From assembly GCA_028534125.1 (NCBI GenBank), contig CM052818.1, positions 4,838,001 through 4,902,000 of the forward strand: a DNA stretch of 64,000 bases. The letters are read 5' to 3'. Below the pieces are notes generated by a model, which had not been told where the DNA came from, did not search any database, and worked only from the letters and a program-made list of their open reading frames with translations. The translations under genes and the position numbers were made by a program. Shown piece by piece: positions 11,431 to 24,395 of the stretch (positions within the stretch are counted from its first letter, which is position 1; every line of letters starts with the position of its first letter). Origin of the DNA: Lama glama. Lineage: Eukaryota.

Positions 11431-14400
11431 TTTAACCTCACAGCTAACCTTAATCTCTAACCTGATCGCCACCATAGGTCTGGCAGCAGGCTACCTGGAG
11501 ATGTTTTAGGTCAGTTAGAAAGGTCTACCAGTTGCCTTCTGGCAGACTGAGGAGCAATATGAGATGAAATGCACCTAACAGGTGTCAGGCAGAAGAGGAA
11601 GAAGCTGTGTGAGACCACTGGCTGTTTATTCAGCCTGCGTGTAACATCTTGTACCTCTAGTGGCTGCCTCTGAAGGAGACCAACTTCCACCTGCACCCAG
11701 CCTGAGAAGACCAAGCCCTGCCTTTCACACAGCCACAGAACACAACATGGGCAACCCAAAGGGATAGCTGAAAAAGGTGAGGGCCAGCATCTAAACTTGA
11801 TGCCCTGGATGGGGTCGAGAAGAGAGGCCAAGGGAGTCAACTTCCTACTTCAGGAATACTCAGATTGGGTCTAAGTTTTCCACTGGATAAGTTTAGAAAG
11901 CCGTGTCCTTTTTCCTATGAGATGAAAGAAACATCAAGAAGAGGAAATGTACATTTTCCCTTTGTTCTTTATGGTTTATCTAAGCATCTGGTTTAAACTG
12001 GTATGTGAGGAGAGCAAGCAAACAAAATGGCCAGTTTTTTAGACTATAGCTCATTGGTATTAGATCGCTCACTTTTGATCCACCAGGATCTCAACTTCTA
12101 GCTCTGGATGTTTCCCTTGCCATTTCTGCCTCTGGCCCCCTCGGTTTTATCCACTGCTTCCAGGACTGCTTTGGGTTCTTTCGATTTCAGCTTGATATCT
12201 GACTGTGATTTTTGGAAGGAAATTCCTTCCTCTATAGTGGCTCAATGGTACTGCCTGCCAATCCCAACTTGACCTTCCAGAAAATTGCAGTCTTTTTTTT
12301 TTTTTTGTCAGGGAATGAGGATTAAGAAAGTGGAACATTACCAAACATAAGACTCTGTAGCCTTAAAACAGGTTCAAATTTAAGTTCTTTCTTATCTGCC
12401 AGAACCTAGATCATTTATCACAGCCTCAGAGCAAATGACTAGAGTCTTCAGATTCCATCCGCAATGCTGAACAGGGACACAGCCAGAGTCTAGTGCCTTT
12501 ATCCTTGCACTCGAAGTCGAGCTCACTCTTTACTGATGGTGATATTTGGAACTTGATGGGCCACCAGATGTTCCAGCAGCCTTTCCTTAATGTGGAGCTT
12601 CTATGATGCGAAAGCTGAGTGGCTATATTTGCATATGAAACTGTTTTCTATGGCAGTGCTGGGAATATTAAGTGCTGATATTCCATGGAGCTCTGAAGAC
12701 TTGAGTCCTTAGCAATGATTTAGGAAGACCTGTTGCAAATGACGACAGTTAAATTGGCAAGCTGTGCAGCTGCTGGCCTCGATGTGGTCCTTAGGACTGT
12801 CTCTCAAGCCAGCTAGAACTTACGGTCCTGACTTATTCTCAGTGCTCCCAGGATGGATTAAAAGATGATAAAGACCCTCCCCTAAAGGAACTTACAGTCC
12901 AGTTGTGTACGTAAGACGTACCCCGCCAGGAACATTACAGGGTGACATATGAACAAGGTAAGACTGTTATGTAACCACTGAAGGAACTGAAGGTGGAACT
13001 AGAGTCATTCTGTTTGACTTCTCTTCCCTAGACTTGAAAATCTCCCAATAAAGTAAAAAAAAAAAAAAAAAAAGAGGCCTCAGTATCTGACCACTATTGT
13101 TTATCTCCAATTTTCAAGTGACTTAGGCATGATTTTCAATAATCATGGCAATAAATCAAATGTGATTGCTTTGAATATGCAGAGATGAAAAATGAGCTCT
13201 GCCTTCTTTATTAGGGAGTAAAAATAGTACTTTTATAATATACACCCCCCGCAGAATGTCCTGTGTGTATTCCACCTGAGACTTTTGGACAGCTCCTAAA
13301 TCCTTAGTGCCGGAAGGCATCAGCTGTCACCACTTCTTCTATTTTCCTACCTTTATTCACCTGCACATACCTTAGCATTTACATTCTCCTTAGAGGCCTT
13401 GGCTTCTGTAGAAGAATCCAAAGTGGCCCAAAAGGTTTCTTCAGGCTACAGTTTTGATTGGTCAGTTTGATTGGATTGACAAGTATCAGGCATCCTGAAA
13501 ATGTTAGCCCTAATGAGTCTTCTGATGGTATGTAATTCTACTATAATCTTGGAATTTGTTTTTCAGACCTCAGACATGAATGCTATAGAAAAACACAAGG
13601 AATACATGGATCGTAAGCCAAAAACAGACACAGAAACGAGGTACAGTGCAAAAACACTGCTCAGGTACTGAAACAATGAGGAATTCTTTTGAGGGATTTT
13701 GGACAATGTGGAGAAACAGTTACCAAAGCCGCAGGAATGCCAGGCCTTAAGCCCAGGCTACAGAATCTGAGTTTAAAGAGATGATGATGGATTACTCAAG
13801 TCTTCCCTAAGACCCTTCTCAGAATCCCATGGTGAATGAAGTCCTGGTCAACACGTTTTTCACAAGTAGTAACTAAGAATGAGCAAAAAGAGGGAATAAA
13901 GTTGAAACTACAACTAAAGAGAATGAACAATGAAGATGGGCTCACTTCCTTAATCTTTTAAAGATATTTTCCAGGTGGATCGACTGAGCTGTGTAACATT
14001 TCCAAACATGCAGACAAATCTCCTCATCTATCATGATGTCACCAATGACCCTAAAAACCTGCAGTCTGTGGTTCATCAGGAAAACATTTCATGGGTGCTT
14101 TATTATTTTTCGTGAAGAAGGGTAAACTCAGGTTTTTGGAATTTGGGGCTTGCTCACCAACGGCTGAGGCTGAAGTGCAAGGGTGTCTGAATTCAACCTT
14201 CAGCATAAGGATGTTTGAGTATAGAACTACAAGGTCCTTTATTAAATTTAAAATCGTGGATTACGTGTTGAACGGCTTGCATTCCATCCCATTGTTGAAA
14301 TTCATCAAATACTCACTCTGGAATTATTTCTAACAATCGGGATGACTTCATTTGTGTTTGTTTTCCCTTTCTATTAATCCATGACAAACTGTGAAATTTG

Positions 14401-15228
14401 CCATTTTTACCATAACCAGGCCATGAAATTTGTCATCTCTCTCTGTAATTTACATGGAGCCTTGGCTATAGATACATTTCAGGCAGGATGATTGCTTTCC
14501 ATCTGACACAGAGGCCAGAACAAAGGAGGGCTACACACAGAATAGAACACAAACAAATTCAGAACAGACATCAGGAAGGGTTTTCCCCCACCCTCTTTCT
14601 TCTTTAATGTGGTAAAGTCTGCTAAAATACACCAACTGCCTCCCAGAGAGAAAAGGCTTATGGGACAAACTAAGGCACTCTTGTCAAATCCAAGAAACAA
14701 TGCAATGGCACTCCAGGGAGAGGGGAGAACTTAAAAGATGAGATGTCTTGACAAACTGGAATGAGTTGGAGGGATGTGGTTGGAAATTACACCAATAACG
14801 TGGTAGAGAGGCATTTGAAAGTGGAGTTTCTGAAACAAGCCACCATAACAAGACGAGAGTTTTAAAGCTGGTTCACAAGCAATTGTTCTACTCCCTCTTT
14901 TCCAGAATGGAACATAAATGAGTTTCTTCCATGTCAAACAGTTGAAAAGTCCTCTGAACAATTTGAGTTGAAAATTAAATTGGACATTTTGCAAGGAAGT
15001 TCTTGAATCTGCTTCTAATGACCTTCTTCTTTGCTGGGAGAAGGAGGGAAAGAAAAAGAGTTTTCACTGTCCTTTTGTCTGATTTGCAAAGTACAGCATC
15101 TTCCTTGAACTGTTGAGTCTGGCAAGCTAGGTTCTTAAAACCGTAGTCACAGCTCACTGACCACTGAAAGGAAAGTCGCTCAGCCAAGTAGATGTGCTCC
15201 TTTTCCACTGTAAATGTGACTTTGGTAT

Positions 15229-15738
15229 TGTTGCAGCAAAGTGTGTTACAGCTCAGTTGTGACAGCAACCTGGATCCGGGCGAGAGACCAAGCAGCACTC
15301 GGAGAGTTGGAGAACTCAGATTTATTACACCAGTGGGCACAAAGGAGTTAACACTCCAAGCTCTGGACCCCATCTGTAGGTTTACACAGGCTTTTATAGG
15401 CTGCCAGTTTATACTTTGCAACATCATATGCAAATAAAGTGTAACAAAGTTGACTAATTAGGAATAAGCTTTGTAGAAATGGACCAATCAGGAGTGATAG
15501 AAATGGACCAATCAGCAGTGAGCTCCATGCAAATAAAGTGCTACAAATGGACCAATCAGGAGTTAGCTCAGGGAACCAATAGAATCTTAGGGAGAAGTTT
15601 CACTTTCCTAGAAGCAAACCATTTCAGAGGCAGAAAGCGAGATAATGCCGCGGGCTAGGGAACCGGATGGTGCTTGCAGGAGAGTAGTGGCTCTGCCTGC
15701 GGGTCCTGCTGGTCTTTTTCGTGGGGCTTCCCACCTCA
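15229..15738 (-). mobile_element. Solo ERV LTR, comparatively young, with tandem CCAAT and octamer modules
   Basis: Minus strand starts TGAGG and ends CAACA; U3 has CCAAT x4 and ATGCAAAT x2; TATAAAA (plus 15392-15398) precedes AATAAA (plus 15321-15326); CpGs retained; TSD not cleanly resolved. Confidence 0.75.
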
Positions 15739-16759
15739 ATGTCATGAATTTCCCCTGAAGGAGGAGAAATGTGGCTTTGTTTGAGGGTAGAGATGAGGCT
15801 AGAAGTGAAGGGTTTGGGAAGGAGTTGACCTCTACATGAAAGCTTATTCTCCTGTGTTCCTGCTTCTTCCTGAACAGAAGTGGGTGGGAAGGCAGATGGA
15901 CATCATATAATCCCACGAGCCCCAGGAGATTGAAGGAAGTGATGCATTGGGGTCGGTCATAGTGCATTTAGGCATTTTTCTCTAGTTAGAGAACCCTTGT
16001 TTTCTAGGATGCAGAGTGACTTATTGAAAGTGCATCATCAATTTCTTCTTGGTTTAGATGAAAGCAGGAGATGGTTATAGAGGATGGAGTTGAGTCAGTT
16101 TCTTTAGCTAACTTATAGTCCTCTTTGCCCCTGGTGCACAGGATTGCAGACATTTAATTTATCTCTTTTATTTCCTCTTTCACTTTCACTCCTGCATCAC
16201 TGAGAAAATTAACAGGTCCTAATTCCTTCAGTTTTGTCATTGTCAACTAAACCTCCTGCCATTGGCTCATTCTTACCTCTTTCTCACCTGTTGAAGAGCT
16301 GCCATTTTAATATAAATAAATGGCCGATTTTCATGCTTGTTTTGGAAAATATAGAGGAGAAAAAAGAAGAAAACAACCACATGCAAAATCTTCCTGACTT
16401 CAGGGAAATCACTGTTAAAATTTTGATCTTCCCCCTTTGTTATTTTTTCTATACCTATAGTTTTTTCAACTATACTTCAATAAAAATAAAAATGAAAAAT
16501 AAAAAAGCCAAAAAGACACTCTTTTTACCAATTGCATTTCAGAATCGTTATACCAATTTACATGAATAACAGCCTATTGACCCTTGCAAGCATTGGATAG
16601 CCTCACTTCAAAAAAAAACAACTCTTACTTTGATCACCTTAAAAACAAACAAACAAAAACGGTGTACTATCTTACATTTCATTTATATGATGGCCGGCAA
16701 AGATCAACGTTTTCTATTTCCTTTATTGTAAATCATCCCATTTCCCTTTGTCCCTTATG

Positions 16760-17605
16760 GTGTTGCAGCAGCCATGAGTAGGTGCCTCCCAGACCGCCTA
16801 CTATGGTAGCATCGCTGACTGAGGGCCCCAGCCGCAGCACCTGAAATCCACTGCCTTGTTTACAGTGAGGCCACACCACCGATGGGCTGCCCTCTACCAA
16901 AGACCAAGTGTGGGATACAGTGTGGTACTGAGGTAGACCCGTTCTTAGGAGACACGCTTTGTTGGCAACTTTGACTCCCCTGTAGCTTTCTGACACTTTC
17001 TTAGACTAAAGGCAGTTTGTACCCTCTCTCCACATCTCTGATGGCCCTCTCAGCTTGCTGGATTCCTTCCTTCTTCCCTTCACCAGGCAGTTCCTGTAAT
17101 GTTATGGGTTAAATTGCATTCCACCCAAATTCATATTTTGAAGTCTAACCCCCCAAGGACCTCAGAACCTGCCTTGATTCAGAAATAGTGTGGTTGCAGA
17201 TGTAAGTAGTTAAGATGAGGTCACACTGGAACAGGCTGGGCCCCTGATTGAAAATGACTGGTCTTCCTCCATAAAGAACACCACGTGAAGAGACGGATGC
17301 TTACAGACAAAAAAGTGAAGACACAGAGAGAAGACCGTCTACAAGCCAAGGAACCCCTGACAGCACCAGAAGTTAGGGAAAGTACAGAACAGATTCTCCC
17401 TCACAGCCCTCAGAAAGAACCAACCCTGCCGACCCCTGGATCTTCAACTTCTAGTCTCCAGAACTGTGAGACAGTAAATTCCTGTTTAAGCCACGCAGTT
17501 TGTGGTATGTTGTTACAGCGGCCCCCGGTAGCTAATAAACCTAATAAAATCCTCTCACTTTTAATCCTGTCTGATTGTCTGCCTCTTGGACCCCTGAACT
17601 AAGAT
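16760..17605 (+). mobile_element. LTR16-like ERVL LTR split by an MLT1 insertion
   Basis: 'cactgccttgtttacagtgaggccac...' on the left and 'aataaaatcctctcacttttaatcctgtc...gaactaaga' on the right of the MLT. Confidence 0.55.
17100..17539 (+). mobile_element. MLT1 (MaLR) solo LTR, MLT1B/C-like
   Basis: 'tgttatgggttaaattgcattccacccaaattcata...gcagatgtaagtagttaagatgaggtca...cagaactgtgagacagtaaattcctgtttaagccac'. Confidence 0.85.
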
Positions 17606-17761
17606 AAGCCTTCATAAACTTTTTATATATTAAATATTAAGCCTCTGTCATAGTTTGCAAGTATTCGTCTAGCTGATACACATTTTAATTTTGTTTACAT
17701 CATTTTCATTGACAAATAATGTCAAGTTTTGTATGTTTAAATAATCAACATTCCCATGGGT

Positions 17762-17870
17762 TCTTTCTTTCCCTCTCTCCTTTTTTTTACCTCCCCTCTC
17801 CTTTCCTTTTCCTTTTTTCCTTCCTTCCATCCTTCCTTCCTTCCCTCCTTTCTTTCCTTCTCTCTTGCTT
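17762..17870. repeat. Polypyrimidine / (TTCC)n low-complexity tract
   Basis: tttccttccttccatccttccttccttccctccttctttccttctctc. Confidence 0.85.
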
Positions 17871-19719
17871 TCAAGTCTTTCCCTGCAAGAGAGATGACAG
17901 ATACTCACCCCTTTGTTCTTTTTCCTAATTGTTAAGTTTTGGCCTTTACGTTTAACTCTTGGCTACATTAAGAACTTAATTTGTGTGCATCGTGAAATAC
18001 AAACTCTGTGGTCTTGTACCTAGCCTTTTCTCATTCTTTTCCCCTTCAAATTATATTTAGCTATTCCTCCATATGAACTTTTGGAATATTTTTCAAGCTT
18101 GCTAAAAGAGAGAAGAAATGCTGTTGATGTTTTTATTGGCTATTCTTTAAACAAACAATTCAATTTGTGAATAATTAATATGATTACAACATTTAGTTTT
18201 GTCATCTGAGAACATTATGTCTCCAGTTATTCAATAATTAGTTCATATTTTTCAGGAGCTCTGACATTTTCTTTACATAGTTCTCTTGTGTGTCTTGCTA
18301 TACTTAAAATACTTTTAAGTATTTTATGGATTTTGCTTTTATAAATGTCGTATTTTTCATGATGTCTAAGCAGTATGAAGAAGAGTTATTTTTTTCTACA
18401 TGATCATATCATGTTCCACCGCTTTTACTAACATTTCTCATTAATTCCAGTTTTGGAGCATTAGTGCATTTTTTGGAGTCTCCTCCATGGTGGTAAATCT
18501 CAGAGAAACAGCATGTGAGAGCTAGAAGTTTCTAAAGGTCATCTTGCCCTCTCATTTTATAGAGGATGCACTAGGGAGCCCCAGCACCACGCTCTAAATA
18601 TTATAAAACAAAGGCCTTGGAACAACCGCACCCCATCTTCCTGGAGTTCCTTAAACTAAAGGTCAGACGGTTCAACACACAGAAGTGATTTAACATTTGT
18701 AAGTAATTATAGTGATAAAGCAACAGTAACCGTTTTTCGAGGTCCAGGCACTGTGCTGGGTGCTTTATATGGACTAATGCATTTTATTCTTAGAACAGTC
18801 ATTTGAAAGACAGCTGTACGAGGTCACTGGCCGATGTGTTTAGCTAGTGTCTGAACTCTTTTCTCTCCGGCTATCCCTCTATCCAGCCCGTTTTAGGGGC
18901 AGAAGGATGCTAGAAAGTGACTTATTAAGGTTCCATATTATCCTTAGTTACTGTGAGTCTTAGTCTATTATTAATCATTGAAAGAGTTGATCCAGGTTTT
19001 TTGTTGCTGAGAACAGATTTCTCATCAGCATCCCTACAAAACAAAATACAGTAATAAAAATTTAGCAACTATCTTAAAGGGTTTCATTGGCTGGATATTC
19101 ATGCCAAGTCAATAAAAGTTGAATTTTTAAGTATATATTGAGCCTATGCTATGTACCCTATTAAAGACTTAAAAAAAAAAAAACAACCATGATGGTTTCT
19201 AACCAAGAAACACATCTAGAGTGATGGAAACCACATTGTGGGAAAGAGTTGGCTATCATCTGGTCCAGTGCACTATCTGATGCTCCCCTGATGAATGTTC
19301 AGGCAGTATCTTCTGGAACAGCTTTGTAATCATTGACTCCTCTCTGAAGTCTGTCTCCTTTTGTCTTCTACTCAAGTACCTTTTTTAGTCCCAGAGGATA
19401 AGTTAAATGTTTAAAAATATTTAAAGATGTCCACCATGTGCTGCGTTCATTTTTTTCAGTAAAATCTTTCTTCACTGATCCCCACTCTCCTCAAGCATTT
19501 GTCATGTGACTCCCTTTTCCTTCCTGGACTCTATTCTCTGAATGTGGGTCTCTTTGTCAACATCCCTCTTAAAATGTAGGGTCTAAATCTGAAGAGTGTA
19601 GTGATGATGTGGTACAAACGGATCACCATGGAGGTGTTAAGTAATTCTATTACATTGTTATTAATTTCACTTCCCATGTAACTTTTGATTTTCTACCATA
19701 CTCCCAATTCTGTTCCTGC

Positions 19720-20580
19720 ATTGATCTTTCTAATCTAATAAATAGCTAAATAGCCCCACAATTTACTCAGTTACTCCAGCCAACACCTGGTTATCATCCT
19801 TGGCTCCCCAAGCAACTCTTTGGTACATCCCATCTGCACTTCCTTGAATGATATCATCCCTTCTACCACTACATCCCGAACACCTTCATTTGTCTTCTGG
19901 GATGATGGAATAGCCTCTTAACTTGTCTTAGGGTTTCCTCTCTGGGATCTTGTTTAATATATTCACAAAGAAGACAGAGCTGTCTTCTTCAATTGTAAGT
20001 CACATCATGCTGCTTCCCTACTCAAAACTCTCCAGGACCCTCTGATTCATGCTCAAACAAAATCCATTCTTCTTTTCTGTGGCTCTAAGACCCTCCACAA
20101 TTTGCCCACCTACCTTACTTCACTCTTCACCCTCCTCTGCTCCAGGCTCTGAGGAATTCCTTCCATTTCTTGAACATACCAGGCTTTATTCTTCCTCAAG
20201 GATCTTGTCTATGTTGTCTCCTATGCCTGGAATATTCATCTCCCCAGATCCTTCCTCGATTTGTCCCCTTAATTAATTTCTGCTCAAATGGTCGGAAAGT
20301 CCATACTGACTATTGTATCTAGAATAGAGCAATTACATCTATTTTCTTGTTCTGCTTTATTTTTCTTTTTGGCACTTCTCACCAGCTGCCTTTATATCTT
20401 TCTTTATTTCATTTGTTTACTCCCTGACTCTACCACCAGAATGTCGGCTACATTAGATTGGAAACTTTGTCTTGTTATTTGCATAAAGGTGCCTAAAATA
20501 ACTCCAGATACATACCAGACAGTCTGTCAGACTGATAGGTTCCTGACACATGTTGGTTAATGGACGAATTACTGAGTGAG
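19720..20580 (+). mobile_element. L2 LINE 3' region
   Basis: 'aatagcctcttaacttgtct', 'catcatgctgcttccctactcaaaactctcc', 'cctatgcctggaat', ending near a degenerate 'tgttggttaatggacgaa' tail. Confidence 0.8.
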
Positions 20581-22769
20581 AGAGGGCTTTGTTGGGTTTG
20601 TTGTCAGACAAATTCTTTAGCCCTCTTTTTCCCTAAGATCTCCTCTATGCATTGTGGGTTTGTAAGAAATTCAGTCATTTACCTTGATTGTATAAGTTCT
20701 TATGAGTCACAGGATTTAAATTCATTCTCTCCAGCTTGCCAGTCTTATATTCAAAGCTTAGGCTCTATTTTCTCTCACTTCATTTTGTCCACACTCTTTT
20801 TTCTAGTCTCAGCATCTTTCTCTTTGACAAATAGGATGAAATTTGGGGCATTTTAATTCTGAGGTACATTAACGTATTACTAGCAAATCAATCAGCAGGC
20901 TGTCTTCCTACTCTTGTTTTAAAAACAACAAGAACAACAACAACAAAAACCCACAAAACGAAACAAACAACAACAAAACTAAAAGGCATTTCTACCAGAA
21001 AACTGGAGCATGTTCTTTTAAACAAAACAAACAAAATAGCTCGTCAAAGAAGTATCTTCCTTCCTAAGCATTTTCCCAAAGTTTTCCTCTTCCTGGGCCC
21101 ACTTCATTTGGGAAAGTAGACCCAACAAAAGTGAAACTACAAGAGAATTGTAAAAGCTGATTTACGATTAGGTGACATAGCACGTAGACGCTAGGCTTTT
21201 TGGAAAATGAAATGACCGCAGAGGGTTTGAAGAATTAGGAAACATTTTGTGGAGGATGATTCCCCAGTTTTGAACATGATAGTATATATTAAATAATAGA
21301 ATCATAGATTTTTTTAGAAACAGTAGTTTCATAGTTTTAAAAAAAATAGCAGAGCTTGGTGCTGATAATTTTGTCAGATCCCACGTCTGAGCTGTGCATG
21401 ACTTTCATCATCAGCCAAAAGATGTCAAGGTCCACTTGAGGTCAAGGGCAGAGCAGTAGAGAGTGTTCAAAGTTTTCAGGTTGGCCGACAGCCTTGGATG
21501 TACTCTGGGAGGGGTGAGGTCAGGAACATCACAGCAGCAAACATAAGCTAACCATCTTGAGATTAATGATTCACTGCTTGCCCAGCCCAGAGAGCCAGCA
21601 ACAATTTCCTCAGAACAACTCCATTTAAAGGACAGAAGCACTGTGTGTGTTTGTGCTTGTATGTGTGTATGGGTGAGCTTGTGAGTGTGTGCATACTATG
21701 AACATACATGTCTGTGTGTACAATAAGGGAAGGGGTTTGCTCTTTTATTATCAATAAATCCCCTTTTTTTTTCCTTTCTTGTTTCATATATCGTGAGGCC
21801 TTCCAGTCTTCAAAGGCCTTGCCAAATTCATTGTAATGGCTCTAAATAGAACAGAAAAATGAATGGTTTTGCCATTGAAGCATTTGAATGGGATGACCCT
21901 TTTGATCTAATAGATGTTGATCTAGAGTGCAGGAAGGAACTTGGGAAAACCGTGGTGGGGAAGGGGTCTGATGGACACCCTTGAGGGTTTTTTTCCCCAT
22001 AGAGACAGTCTAATCTATTGGTAAAGTTGGCTCATTTGTGGTAAACATTATGGAGCATGAAAATTACGCCACATGGCTAAGTTTTGCTTTTTCAACAACT
22101 GTGCAGTTGGGCTGACCTAAGTCTCATTTCCTGTTTCCATTATGCTTGTTAGTCCTGATTTCTTTCACATCTGCACCCAGACACATCTTATTCTGAAGCC
22201 CGTCTGCCCATCTGGGCTCTGGGTGACCTCATGCTTGAGATGAGGCCCACAAGCTGCGCTCAAGATGGACGGCCCCTGATGATGGGTGCCGGGCGCCCTG
22301 CGCGCACAGCTGCAGGGCCGCTTGGCCTCCCTTTGCTCATTGTACTATGGTAGGCTTTGCAAAACGTTCTCAGCATATGTTTATCTGGATATTTTCAAGG
22401 CTCTTGCGGCTCTGTTTTAAATATTTAACCCTATATGAGGATGTCTGAGGCTTCCTGAAGTTACTCCTGTGATTTATAAAAGAGAAGAAATCAAAGTGTA
22501 CAAATCTGAAGCGAATGATCAAAAGACCAAATGACAATCCACTCGTGTCCTGTCTTTCTGTTGTGTTTGTTTTGAGGATTTTATAGGTAGAGAACCGAGC
22601 TCTCAGCTTTTGCCCTCCTTGCCAATCTATCTGTCTCTGTGTATTTACGGAGCATTATAAGTACTAAGCACAAAGGTAGATAGAGAAAAGCGAAAGTCTT
22701 AGAAACCTGTCTTGTTGAAAGACACTATTGACTGGTATAGAGTAGCATTAAATAATACCAACAGCAAAC

Positions 22770-23110
22770 AAGCTTTTGAGTCTTATTCTGTGCCCAGGCT
22801 TAGGGTTCTCGTTACTGTAGTAACCTGTAATAAAGAAGGATATAAAAAAAGAATATATATATATATATGTATGTATAACTGAATCACTATGCTGTACACT
22901 GGAAATAAACACAACATTGTAAATCAACCCTACTTCAATAAAAAATAAATAAATCGAAAAAATAGAAATGTCTGACCTCGTTTAATTTTCATAAGAATCC
23001 TATTAGATAGGCACTGTATTTCTCCCATTACTAAGATAAAGAACCTGAAGTTGCGTGACTGAGGAACTTGGCAAGACCGCTCATCCAGGAGAGCCAGGTT
23101 CCCTGTGAGT
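22770..23110 (-). mobile_element. MIR SINE interrupted by an L1 tail
   Basis: 'ttgagtcttattctgtgcccagg' on the left; 'ctcccattactaagataaagaacctgaag...aacttggcaagac' on the right. Confidence 0.65.
22812..22965 (+). mobile_element. LINE-1 3' tail
   Basis: 'gtataactgaatcactatgctgtacactggaaataaacacaacattgtaaatcaaccctacttcaataaaaaa'. Confidence 0.85.
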
Positions 23111-23609
23111 TCTGAGTTCACAGCTAGCTGGGGCTCCCAGAGCTCCTCATCTTAACCTTGAGGTTGCAGCTTCTCTCCAGCACCAACCTCAAGAGTAGAG
23201 TCAGCTCTGTTGGAGTGAAGAGGAAGAGACCTGTGAGGGCTGGAGTCATCCGTGGACTTTCCTCACTTAGACACAGAAGTGGGACTTGGACCCTCACTCA
23301 GGCTGTCTGGAGTGAACCCCACACCAGGAGTACCTCACACTGGTCCACAGTTAAACTCCTCAATCTGTTCCCGGTGTGTTCCTTCTAAACCAACACAACA
23401 ACCTTAGCACTGATGCCTAGATAACGAGATGGGGGCTTTGGCTTTTGTCGTTGTTTCTAATCCCGATTCCTGCCGCCTAATCTACTTTAGATCATGTGGG
23501 TAATTGTTTTTCAGTTTACAAGTTACATTCATGTAAGAAATGCCGACTCTGTAAGGAACTCTTCACATTCTTTGTTGTCTTTTGTACTATCTTTGCAATT
23601 CTTTTACTA

Positions 23610-23810
23610 GTGATTAAGAGTGAGGACTTTGGAATCACACTGCCTGTGTTTGAACCTAGCTCCTTCACTTACTGGTGGTGGGCATTCCCTCTCTCTGACT
23701 CAGATTCCTTATTTGTACCTACTTTATAGGATCGTTGAAAGGATTAATAAGATACGCAAATCTTAGAAGGGTGGTGAGTGAGTAGTAAGTACTTCGTGCA
23801 CGCTGGCCTT
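23610..23810 (+). mobile_element. MIR SINE
   Basis: 'gtgattaagagtgaggactttggaatcacactgcctgtgtttgaacctagctc' MIR 5' part. Confidence 0.7.
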
Positions 23811-24291
23811 CCTGTTAAATAGTGGCTGTCAGTTATTACTAGTGGAGTTGATTGGGCACATCGAGTCCCTTCTCAGTGACTACTAGCCTGAGGGGTGTTC
23901 TCCAAATATTTGCTGAATAAAAGACAAAGTTAAATATTCCAAAGGGTGCCATTTTTAAGTATTCGCAATTTGATTTGGGGCTCTGAAGCCAAAGGCAATG
24001 CACAGAGGGAGCCTGAGTTCTGAGGGCACTTTGTAATATAAATGCATAGAATGTCTGAACTGGAAGAATCCATAGAGGTCCCCAGCTTTAATCCTGCTGG
24101 GCTTACAGATGAGGAAACAGAGGTCAAAAATCCACACCACCCCAGTGAGGCAGCCTGGGCAGGATTCTGACCCCTATTTGGGAGAAGCTAAGAGCAAGGG
24201 TTTTCAGACTCATAATAGTCCAGGGCACCTCCTGTGAGTTAATTAGATGGTATGTAAAATTCTCACAGCACATTCAAAGTACCATTCATCT

Positions 24292-24395
24292 TAAAAAAAT
24301 ATGAAAATGAATATATATATGTACATGTGTGACTGGGACATTGTGCCGTACACCAGAAATTGACACATTGTAATTGACTGTACTTTAATAAAGAA
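24292..24395 (+). mobile_element. Very short LINE-1 3' tail with 16-bp TSD
   Basis: TSD AAAGTACC(A/G)TTCATCT at 24276-24291 and 24396-24411 around 'tgactgggacattgtgccgtacaccagaaattgacacattgtaattgactgtact'. Confidence 0.85.

Noticed and set aside
13550..13650. Possible exon (tttttcag acceptor, gtaagc or gtacag donor)
   Set aside because: Translation matches nothing I recognise, and such splice-like motifs are common by chance
14975..15433. 152-aa minus-strand ORF as a novel gene
   Set aside because: Starts upstream of the LTR TATA box, runs through R/U5 into flanking DNA, and has no recognisable domain; likely a chance ORF
15420..15590. CRISPR-like repeat-spacer array
   Set aside because: Irregular short units inside an LTR U3 in a mammalian genome; no constant spacing and no cas genes
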